This document shows positions 1-10,127 of a stretch of 32,554 bases of DNA, in pieces. A program made the position numbers and the translations under genes. Position 1 is the first letter of the stretch. Every line of letters starts with the position of its first letter. Source of the stretch: Camelus dromedarius (lineage: Eukaryota); assembly GCF_036321535.1 (NCBI RefSeq), contig NC_087438.1:106237447-106270000 (forward strand), given 5' to 3'. The notes under the pieces were generated by a model that saw nothing but the letters and a program-made list of their open reading frames with translations, did not search any database and was not told the origin of the DNA.

Positions 1-1
1 T

Positions 2-133
<132 letters not shown>

Positions 134-3100
134 CCTCAGCCCCCACAGTGACATTGAATGTGACAGCAGGGATGTCCCACCACACGCTGAGCCAGACTGA
201 TCTACAGAGTGGGGAACCAGGCCTGGGCTGGCCAAGCACTTCTGAGCAATACTCTGCTGTGTCCCGGAAAGGGCCGGGAGGAGAGCCCGGGCAGTCCACA
301 GGCACCTCAGAGCATCCAGTGCTGGGTCTGTGGCCGGTAGGACCTCTACAGCCACCAGAGGTCCCTTCCACTCCCAGCGTTTCGTGGGGAGGCCACTGCC
401 TGCTGGTGGAAGGCCACTCGCTGGTAGGAGGGAGCCCTCAAGACTCTTCTCCCCTCAGTGTGTTCTACCACCCATACCCAGTCCTTCAGCCCATCACTTC
501 CTGCTCCAGCAGGGTGTCCCCTGGGTATTAGGTGCCATATCTTACCTGTCGTCCAGAGGATAAGAGAAAAACAGCCCAGCAGGGCCTTTTGCCAAGCCGG
601 GGAGAGACTGGACATTTCCCTGACTGTTTTGAGCCAGGCCCTTCCGCAGCATCAGCTGGGCACCGAGTCGGTCACTAGGCTGGATGTAAGGGCGGTCACC
701 TCAAGAGAACTCTGGACCTCCACCCACATTCTGGTTCCTACCTTCGCATCTCCCCTTCCCTCCGTGGGGAGAGAATCGCTGGTTCCTACAGTATCCAGCA
801 GTCCTCCAGGCCTCCTTCAGGGCCCTGGGGCACTGTCATGCCATTTGGACCCAGAGACCCAGGTCTCAACTCTTTCCCCCATTCCTCCCCCTGGGATATG
901 ACATGTGTGGTGTTTCCTGTGGTAAAAGACGGAGGCGGTCGTGGAGTCTGCCGTGTCCATGTCGCAGTGTTCATCCGCTGTCCCGCAGCCCACCCAGCCT
1001 TGGCCCTGGCCGATACGGGGCAGAGTGGGTGAGACCGCCCTCCCTGCCCTGCCCCAGCTGCCTGTGGCCGAGGGTTCCTAGAGACCCCCTTAACTTCCCC
1101 AGTAATAAGAAGCTAAAGTTTAATATTTTTTTCTTGGTGCCAGAGTTTATACCCTGGGTTCTGGGGTCACACTGTGTTACATATATATAGTGTATATATA
1201 TATTATATTTTTTTTTTGGTTAGGTTTGTTTTTAATTCAGTCATACAAAATGGTGGCAAGCCCCAGTCCCAAAGGGTATCTTATCTCAGTGCTGGAGTTT
1301 GAGGTGGAAGCGGGGAGGGCGTGCCCGCATGCGGTGGGACCTCGAGGAGACAGTATGGGAGGGCCCTGAGACATCTCGGTTCCTCTCCCAAGTGCCATGG
1401 CCGTCCCGGGGCTACCCTAGGCGAACAGAGCCCGTGAGATGCAGAGGGGAAGACTTACTCTCTCTAGGAAAGCTGGCTGCGTGAAGCGCAGTGACCCTGG
1501 GTGACTTTTGGCCAAAGGAAATAACCGGGCTGGAGTGGGAGATCCCAGGGCCAAAAGCTAGCCTGTTCCCCTCCCCCCGACATGGTGCTAGGTTGGGAGC
1601 TACCCTCGGAGCTGGGAGGCCCCTGGGACCCAGAGACTGTCTCGAGGCCCCCCTGCAGACAAGGGGAACTCCAGGCTATTTTCTGGTTGGGGCTTGCTCC
1701 TACCCCTCCCCTCATCTTTTAACAATGTCAAGTGACTGAGGCTGGGGTGCCTGTCCCCAGCCCCTCCCACTTCCAGTTCAGCTTGGAACTGACACCCACG
1801 AAGTGGTTTCTAGAGAGCCTTGTCTTATTCAGAAGACTCTAGTGTGTTGGGGCTGGAGGGTCCTTCAACGAACGGGTATAGACATAGGTCTGGAAAGGGG
1901 AGGTGGTCCTGGGCTGAGATTGGGAGCAGGGCCAAGAATTGAACTGGAGTCTCCCGATTCTGAGTCTAGTACTCTTCTGCCAATGCCACACTGCCTCAGA
2001 GCCCATCCTTGGGACCCTACTCTGTGCCAGGTTTCCTGTCCCTCCCTCTGTCACACCCTCGGTCATTCCAGGATATGGGGACAAACCACTCCTTCCCCTC
2101 CAGGGTGCCTTTGAACCTTCTCAGTTCCAGATCTGAGTTTGTGTCCCTGTCACGCTCTCCCTCGTCACAAGGTCCTTCCCCAGCCTGGGAGCCTGGCTCA
2201 GTCTTAGTTCCCAGCTTCTGCACTGGGATGAAGCAGTGGGTCAGATGCTCCACAGGGCCAGCTGGGGAGGGTTCCATCGTCCCACCAGAGAAGTGTCTCC
2301 ATCGTGCTTCTCATTGGGGCCTTAGAGCCCGGGAACCCTGGGCGCTGCCGACACGGCAGGGGAGGAGGAGCCAGTGTCAGAGGACAGGGCGCCATGCCTG
2401 CATGTACGTCCACCAAGGCTTACCTGCACCAGGACCAGACTCCCAGCGTGGGCAGCAGCGCCCACGGTGCACATCCCAGGCCTCACTTAATCTTCTGTCA
2501 CCGCGGGGCTCGGGCTCCGTGACCTGCAAGAACCTTACACCTCCCACCTTCTGAAATCTTCGCTCCGGGCCTGGACACCTGCCCCCGTCTCTGTGGGCTC
2601 AGAATGCCACGTCGGCAGGCAGGCCCACCTCCCTAGGCCTCTGGTCTGAAGGAGGAACACGCAGGTTTGAGGCCCCTGGGGAGCAGAGGAAACACTGGGG
2701 ATTTTTGTCCAGGCCCTTCTGGGAGGCTGGGGACTTGACCTGTCACATATTCTAAGTCTGTCTTGTCACTGCTACTTCTTCCCTGCCCGCTATCGAATCT
2801 GTCGAGGACCCACCGCCAGGACCTGTAGGTGCTGGGGAGGGAGAGAGACACAAGTCCTTCTAGGAGCTCTCAGCTGCTGAGCACACAGATCCCCTCACGG
2901 GAGGAGAAAGCCAGAGGTCAGTGGGGGCGGCGGCATCAGCACGGTCAGTGGTCACCAAGTCACTGTCTGGTCCAGAAAAAATTATAGGAGAGAAGGAGCT
3001 TCAACAGCGTAGATGACTCTCCCATCCCTTCTGCCATCTCCTCCACACACCTTTGCCCTGGGGAGGCCCAGGGGGGCTGTGTCTCCTGTGCTGCCTCGGT

Positions 3101-3419
3101 CACTCGGGGCTCTAGAGCTGCCCACGCCGTGGGCGTCCTGCCCTCGGAGGAGAAGTCTGAGGCTTAAAGCTGCGTCTCTTCTGAGCCCCTAAGTGGGAGT
3201 GGCCGGTGCCCCCGGGGCCCAGCAGAGGAACCCGGGGTCTGTTCCCAGTAGCAGAAAAACTGCTGCACGGACCCACAGAGATGGGTGGTCCCCACATCAA
3301 GTGGTCCCCACAGGTTGGTTAGTGGCAAAAACAAGTAAATGTTGTACCAGATACTTTATAATGAACTTCCACTACCCACTGTTTAGCCGTAACGTATTGC
3401 CGCCTTCATCTTTCTCTCT

Positions 3420-3830
3420 CCGTACATTTTTTCTGAACTAGTTTAAAAGTTGCAAGTACCATGAGACTTCACCCCAAATGCTTCAATGTGCATCTCCTTA
3501 GATTTGGGACTTTCTCCTACAATTGGCCCATTTATCACCCCAGACAACAGTGATTTCCCCACAACATCTGCTCTTCAGTCCACATTTAAATTCCACCCCC
3601 GCCCCAAACTTACACCTGCTTTTGGAATCAGGAGCTAGTTGAGGTACACACGTTGCATCTTGTAATTTTGTTTTCTAAAATCTCTTGAGAGGCTGAAAAG
3701 TTTCCCTTCTGCTCACTTTGATTTTTAAAATGACATTATTTCTGAGGTGAGCGGGCTGCTGTCCTGTGGAAATCCCACCTTCTGGATGTGTCTGTTTCTT
3801 CACGGTGTCATAAAGCACGTTCCTCTGACC
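3420..3830 (-). mobile_element. Old L1 (L1MC-like) 3'-region fragment inside the 3' UTR
   Basis: AT-richer block with phrases resembling antisense L1MC consensus (cttcaccccaaatgcttcaatgtgcatctcct; ttgcatcttg; cccaccttctggatgtgtctg). Judged from memory. Confidence 0.5.
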
Positions 3831-4994
3831 CTTGTACTGGCGAGGGTAATTCAGGCTGTGTGACTTTTTACCATTTGTACTGACTTGAGAACGCCAGCCT
3901 AAGATGCCCCCCTGCTGTCACCTGCGCCGAGTGCCAAAGCAGCAGAGGGGCGGGCCGGAGCTCCCGGAGAGGGCGGGGGAGCCAGCATCTCAGCTGGGCC
4001 TGGGAGGAAGGGCCACGGAGAGTCAGGAAAGAGGAGGCTACACACGTGGAGTGGAGGGCGGGCCATGCAGCGTTGGGCCTATTGAGAAGGAGACGCCTCT
4101 GGCTCAGAAGGTTGGTGCTGCCCTCTTTGATCCTGGTGATGGACCACAGGAAGCCAAACAGCACTGCTCTGTTCTGTGGTCTCTGGGTTTCCATTTCCTG
4201 GAGGCCCATGGTCTGTGTGCACTGGAGCAGAGCCAGCCCCTGGGATGTACCAGGGAAGAGCCCAGTGGGGGAGCTGCCTCGCCCAAGCTGTGACGTGAGA
4301 AGAGCCCTGGGGTGGACGGAGGAGATGTGAAAGTTTGTCCCAATTGAATCCATTTGGTAGCTGAGTGACACTTTTCCCCATCTACAGACTGAGCAGGTGG
4401 GGCTACAGCACGGATTTTCAGGTGTCAGGGAAGGAAGCAGGTCTGCTCTAGCTGAAGTGAGGATGGGGGTCCCCAGTCCCCTCACCCCTGCCTGCGAGGC
4501 AGTGCTGGATTCCCAGGTGGCTTACCCTGGGCTGCCTGCAACCAGAGGCTTGCCCTCGCCAGCTCTTTGGCCAGAGACTTTTTTCTTTTAAGCTCCCACA
4601 AGGGACAGGCGTGGGCCCTGTGCAGGGTCAATGTCAAGGGCCTAGAGGATACTCTGGCTGTTTTATCCTAATCAGTTCATCTCTCCCTCTCTGCTTCCTC
4701 GCTGTGGCCCTTGAGAATGAGGGAGGAGAGGGTTTTCTATGACTGTGCTAGCTTTTATTATCAGCAAGAGGGCTCCTTTTGTAATTTGTGCATGAAATTC
4801 ATGTCATTTCCTGGGGAGAGGAGAGGGCTGACTGGAGAGGGTGGGGGGCACACTCAGTGTGGGGGAAGGCAGACGTTTCCTTCCTTTGTAGGGGTGGGAG
4901 AGGAATGGAGAGAGGGCACCCCCTACTCACCTCATCAGGGCTCTCAAACCAGCCGTTTTGGGTTGTGTTAAAAGTGGGAACCTTCCTCCATTAA

Positions 4995-5045
4995 TGTACA
5001 ATCTCGAACTAACTGCTAATAAAGTGGGGTTCTGTTTGTACGCAT
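4995..5045 (+). terminator. NDST1: Polyadenylation signal of NDST1
   Basis: TGTA (CFIm-type) at 4995-4998, AATAAA at 5018-5023, and a GU/U-rich stretch (ggggttctgtttgta) just downstream. Confidence 0.75.
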
Positions 5046-5123
5046 TGGTCACATCTGTCTGACCTTTTTGCAAGGCCTGCAGGGGAGGGTGGACAGAAGG
5101 ATGTTTGGATGCACAGCCAATCA

Positions 5124-5174
5124 ATATGCGCGCGCACACACACACACACACGCACACACACGCACGTGCGCGCA
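5124..5174. repeat. Uninterrupted alternating purine-pyrimidine tract (CG/CA/TG mix, 51 bp)
   Basis: atatgcgcgcgcacacacacacacacacgcacacacacgcacgtgcgcgca read directly. Confidence 0.95.
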
Positions 5175-5349
5175 GTCACTGTCAAATCAAAGACCAGTCC
5201 CATGAACAGTAAACTGAAGCTTGTCCAGATAGCTCAGGCCTGTTTCAGGACAGCCAGGTGAGGTGTCTCGAATGACAACCCTTCAGCCATGCCCACTTGC
5301 TGAGAAATGCTAGGGATTGACCACAGCACTGAGAGGAGACTCAGTCTAG

Positions 5350-5425
5350 AGCTAGTCCTGCTCTGAATGTGTGTTATGACTGGGGACAAGTCCCTCCTTT
5401 TTGAGCCTCAGTTTCCCTCACCTCT
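5350..5425 (+). mobile_element. MIR fragment
   Basis: MIR core-like gactggggacaagtccctcctttttgagcctcagtttccctcacct. Confidence 0.6.
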
Positions 5426-5449
5426 TGGGGGTGTGGAAGGAGCTGGGCT

Positions 5450-5590
5450 CAGCGGCCACTCTGGAGAACTTGCTTAAACTGCAGACTCCCTGCCTGAGAT
5501 TTCTGTCCAGCAGGTGCAGGGTGAGGCCCAAGCACCTGCATTTTTAACAACCTCTCCAGCACACAGAGACCCCCACCCTGGGAAACCCTG
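5450..5590. mobile_element. MER5-like hAT-Charlie DNA transposon fossil
   Basis: ctggagaacttgcttaaactgcagactcc...caggtgcagggtgaggcccaagcacctgcatttttaacaa resembles recalled MER5A consensus. Confidence 0.6.
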
Positions 5591-7129
5591 GCTCAGATAG
5601 ATGGTTCCTATGGCTTCTAATTCATTCAGAGTCCCAGTGTCTGAGGAACGAACACTTCGGGGGAAACGAGTGCCTTTCTAGCCCTCCCAGCCGGACTGAG
5701 CACCAGATGTGCAGTGGAGGGGCAGAGGCGGGGAGCAGAGAGGCCCTGGCAGCGGTCTGCAGTGCGGGGTCTGCCCCGCCCCCTCAGAGCTCCCTGCGGA
5801 GCTTTACAAAAGGGGACAGGGACCCTGAAGTGTGGCTTTTAAAAGCCTGCTGCACAGGGAAGTGTGGGAACACCGAATCAGGTCACTGAGGTGCCCAGGC
5901 TTGTGGACGGCTGCCGTTGGGGTGGGCTGGGACACGGCTGGGAGCTTGCTGCGGGTTCTGCAGCGACAAGGAGAACTTGGGTGGAGGCTGCATCAGTGGG
6001 AGCAGTGGATCTGCCCGATACACAAGGGATTCCTGCACCAGGTAAGCAGTCAGGCTACATCAGAGATGTCTGAATTTTTTAACAGCTGACTTTTTTTTTT
6101 TTTTTTTGAGAAAAGAAACTGCATTGAAAACCAGATAAAGGCAGGGTGTTCTGGTTGGAGTTGGGGTGAGGGTCTGGACTAACCAACTCAGCTCCTCCCC
6201 TCTGTCCTGGGAACCTTAAGATGCCTTGAGACACGTGAACGCCCAGCATAGCTGCTCTCAGAGGCCCCAAGAGTCCTGCAGTTCTAACAGGTTGAGTGGA
6301 TGAAGGCACACTGGACCTTCCTCACCCCCTAAATAAGTCCCCTCAGGGAATCTGGTGCCCGAGGGGCAGTCCCAGATCCTGGCGAAGCCCTGGATTGGAT
6401 TCCCTGGAAACAACCTAGATGTCCATTCACAGAGGATCAGCGGGAACACGAGGATGTTGAGTCATCAGCCCCAACTTCCCCCAGGGAAATTTCTTTAAGA
6501 CTAGCCTACAGTGTGACCATTTGTGGGAAGAGAATGCTACATCGTGTGTGTTCTTCCTGACAATACAGCTTTCCCTCTCTCATGCCAAACTGATAACGGG
6601 TTACTTCTGGAAGAGGGGGAGGGAACAGGGTGGGGGGAGAGGAAGATTTCAAAGGGGACTTCAGCTTTGGCTGAAATATTTTAATAAAAACAATGTATTC
6701 ATGTGTCATTTATGGGGTGAAAAATGCCTCAAAAATAACCAGAATTGAGTGAAGCAGAAAGGGGGGGCCCAGGCAGCTGGACTGTTGTGCGATGCCACCC
6801 TAAAGACAAGCCTGCTGTCCACCCAGCCCACAGGCACTGGCAGTGCAGGCCCTGAGGAGACCCTAGCCACGGGCGGCGGGGCCGGGGGGGGGGACGTTCC
6901 TGCCTTGCTGCAGGTACCCTGAGCACCTGTCAATAGCCTGCGCTGAGGGTCCAGACTTGCTGTGTGATTATACGAGAGTCTCAGCTCACAGGTTGGGGAG
7001 TTAGAGTGAACATCAGCATTGGGACAAACCACCATCCATCACATGAGCAGAACACAGCCTAACGCCTGTGAAAATCTGCACAAAAAACATGAAAGAATGC
7101 TGCCAGGAGGAACCAGCAGGTGCATCCAT

Positions 7130-7470
7130 GTTGAGGGACATTCTGCCAGGTAACTGGCCTGAACCCTCAAGTGCCAAGGTCACGAAAGATAAACAAAGGT
7201 ATATCTGAGAAATGGTTCCAGATTAAGGAATACTAAAGGGACTGGGCAATCAAACATCCCTTGTGATCCTGGAAGGGTCCTAGACCAAGAAGCAATTACC
7301 TATACAGAACATCATATGGAAAACAGGCAAAAAGTGAATAGGGCCTGTGTGGATTGGGTAATAGTATTGTATCAGTGTTGAATTACCTGATTTTGATTAC
7401 TGTACTGTTATGTAAGAGTATGTCATTGCTCTTAGGCAGTATATGCTGAAATATTCATGGGTAAAAGGGA
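7130..7470 (+). mobile_element. Old L1 (L1MC4/5-like) 3' end fragment
   Basis: gacattctgccaggtaactggcct...ttccagattaaggaatactaaagggac...gtattgtatcagtgttgaattacctgattttgat are typical L1MC 3'-end phrases. Confidence 0.65.
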
Positions 7471-7522
7471 AGCAATAAAGCTGGTTTTTGGACTGGTGAG
7501 CTTTCTCTAATGGGTTGCCTGA

Positions 7523-7556
7523 TGCAGTTCAGACCATGTCCACCAGGGGGCACTGT
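7523..7556 (+). promoter_or_regulatory. CTCF motif (core plus upstream module), forward orientation
   Basis: Core CCACCAGGGGGCAC at 7540-7553 and TGCAGT upstream module starting at 7523, 17 bp before the core. Motif evidence only; no binding data. Confidence 0.7.
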
Positions 7557-7649
7557 CACCCCAGCCTCTCACTGGCTAGGTCTGTGTGATCACCACCACA
7601 GACTGGGCTGGTGGTTATGGTGGTGAGGTCATGGTATTAAAAATAATAA

Positions 7650-7825
7650 CATGAATAAGATAACTAATTTCTTGCTCTGGCAGGAAGGCTCTCTGCTTGT
7701 CAAGTATCATCTCTTAATCCTTGCCACAAACCCCAGGTAGCTATTACCATCATTCCCATTATATAGATGAGGAGTCTGAGGTTCAGAGAGATTAAGTAAC
7801 TCTGCCAGAATCACAGAGCTCAGAG
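7650..7825 (-). mobile_element. MIR
   Basis: cccattatatagatgaggagtctgaggttcagagagattaagtaactctgccagaatcacag is the antisense MIR core. Confidence 0.8.
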
Positions 7826-8409
7826 CTTTTGGTCTCTCAGACTCTACAGCCTGAAGCCCACGGGGTCGTCCTGCCTCCTGTCATGAGGCAGAGTGGGGAG
7901 AGCTCACCGAGCCTGCACCTGCCCCTCTGCAGGCTGGGCACCGGGCAGTCCTGGGGTGCCCCTGAAAGCACTTTATGTATATCCATCAGGAGAAAATGTA
8001 ACAAACAACAGTGCCTGCAGTGACATCTAAGGCACCCTTTAACCCCCGACCCTCACCTCTTCCAGGGTAACCACCACTACCAGTTTCTGTGGATCTTTCC
8101 ATAAATTATTTGACACAGAGGAGTAGGTAAGCACACATCCTCTGCTGGCCTGTACCCCTCATGCTATTCTGCACTTTGCTTTCTCACTGGTACCTCTGGG
8201 CACTGGGTGGAGGGGTATGTGCTGCTTTGTGTGGTAGCAGATGGAGGTTCTCCTCTGCTTGAGGTATCTGAGGAGACTCCACTGTATTGTCCCTTTAGGG
8301 AGGGAGGGAGGGATATGCTGAAGCTTAAATCCTCTAGCCTTTGCCCCATCCTGGGGTGCTGTCCCTTGGGAAGGGAGAAAACTATATAGCACAGTGATTG
8401 AAAAATGCA

Positions 8410-8607
8410 GATAGGCAGACCTGAGTTCAGACAAGTTCCTATTGGCTGTGTGACCTTGGGCAAGCACCTCATATCTCTGAGGTGGTCTTCTCTTTTGTGA
8501 AATGGGAATTGTAAGGGGTGCCAGGTGCCAGGGCTGTTGCAACAAGTAAGGAGATAGTGCCTAGAAAACCCTTGCAACGAGTCCGCTTCACAAGTGCTCC
8601 GTAAAGC
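8410..8607 (+). mobile_element. MIR
   Basis: gacctgagttc...ggctgtgtgaccttgggcaagcacctcatatctctgag...tgtgaaatgggaatt is the sense MIR core. Confidence 0.8.
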
Positions 8608-8829
8608 CCGATCCAGGTCTTGGCATCAGACTCACGCAGATCCCATGCCTGGGCCTGGGGGTGGCACTGCCACCTTTGTCCCAAGGCTGATGAGGATGAG
8701 GTTGAGGGGCCAAGAGGCACACCCACAGGGGAAACTCAGCCTTTATGATTCTTCTTTCTGGAACCCTTGAAATTATAGTGGTTTGGTGATATGGGACACT
8801 GAGAATGACCCCTCCAAATATATGTACAA

Positions 8830-10127
8830 CTACCAACTTCACAGAAATAAAAAGGATACAAGACCACTATGAACTGCCTGTCAACAAATTGGACAAAATG
8901 GGCAAACTCCTAGAAATACACAAGCTGCTAAAACTGATCCAAGAAATAGAAAATCTGAATAGACAAGTCAGGAGATTTAATCACTTATCAAAAAACTCCC
9001 AGCATGGAAAAGCCTGGGATCAGAGGGCTTACCACCACTCCTCAAGTTCTTTCAAAATAGTGGTGGGAACACTTCTTACCTCATTCTGTAAGTCTAGCAT
9101 CACCCTGATGTTGAAGCTAGTCAAAGACTCCACAAAAAGACTATGAACCAGTATCCCTTATGAATATAGATGCAAAAAAATCCTTGAAACATTAGTAAAA
9201 ATTCAGCAGTTTACTAAAAGGATTATAGGCCATTATCAAGTGGATTTATCCTAGGAATCCAAGGGTGGTTCAACGTAAGAATCAAGATAATATACCACAT
9301 TTATAGAATACATGATCATCTCAACTGCTGCAGGGAAAACATTTGGCAAAATCCAACACCCTTTTGTGGTAAAAAAAAAAAAAAAAAACATTAGATGAAC
9401 TAGGAGTGGAAGGGAACTGTCTCATCCTAAGAATGGCCACATGCAAAAAACACAGCTATCATCATTCTCAGTGTTAAACTGAAAACTTTCCCCCTGGAAT
9501 TACGGAAGGACAAGAATGTCTGCTTTCATCACTTCTATTTAAGATCAAGAACTTCTGTTCAACATAGTACTGGAATTTCTAGCCGGAGCAATTAGCCAAG
9601 AAAGAGAAATAAAAGACACCACAACTGGAAAGGAAGTAAAACCATCTACTTGCACGCGACATAATCTTATGTCCGCCCACATATATGTCCACACACACAC
9701 CATGAGAGCTAATGCGGTCAGCTAAGTTGCAGGTCACAACATCAACACAAAAACCAATTTCACTTCTACATTCCAGCAATGAATAATCCAAATAGGAAAT
9801 TAAGAAAACAATTCCATTTATCATACCATCCAAAAGAATATATTTTCAGAATAAATATAATCAAGGAGGTGAAAGGCTTGTGCCCTGAAAACTGCAAAAC
9901 ACTGCTTAAATTAAAGATGACCTAAATAGGAAAAAAAAATTTCATGTTAATTGATTAGAAGACTTAATATTGTTCCAGTAACAGTACTACCCAAAGCAAT
10001 ATACAGATTCAATTCAATTCCTATTAAACCTCAGAGTCCTCTTTTAGAAATGGAGAAAAAAAAAATATTCATATGGAGTTCCGAGGGACCCAGAATGGCC
10101 AGAACAATCTTGGCCAAGAACACAGTT
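8830..10127 (+). mobile_element. Old L1 (L1MB-like), segment 1: degenerate ORF2
   Basis: ORF2-like peptides EIKRIQDHYELPVNKLDKMGKLLEIHKLLKL and RLNIVPVTVLPKAIYRFNSIPIK, with many stops and frameshifts. It breaks off after gaacaatcttg..., where the consensus continues at about 14885. Confidence 0.85.

Larger units (their letters stand above)
134..5045 (+). other. NDST1: NDST1 3' UTR (about 4.9 kb; end approximate)
   Basis: Runs from the stop codon to the first canonical AATAAA I found (5018-5023). NDST1 is known to have a long 3' UTR. Confidence 0.75.

Noticed and set aside
3905-3920. CTCF-like motif on the minus strand (cagcaggggggca)
   Set aside because: An extra G breaks the core spacing.
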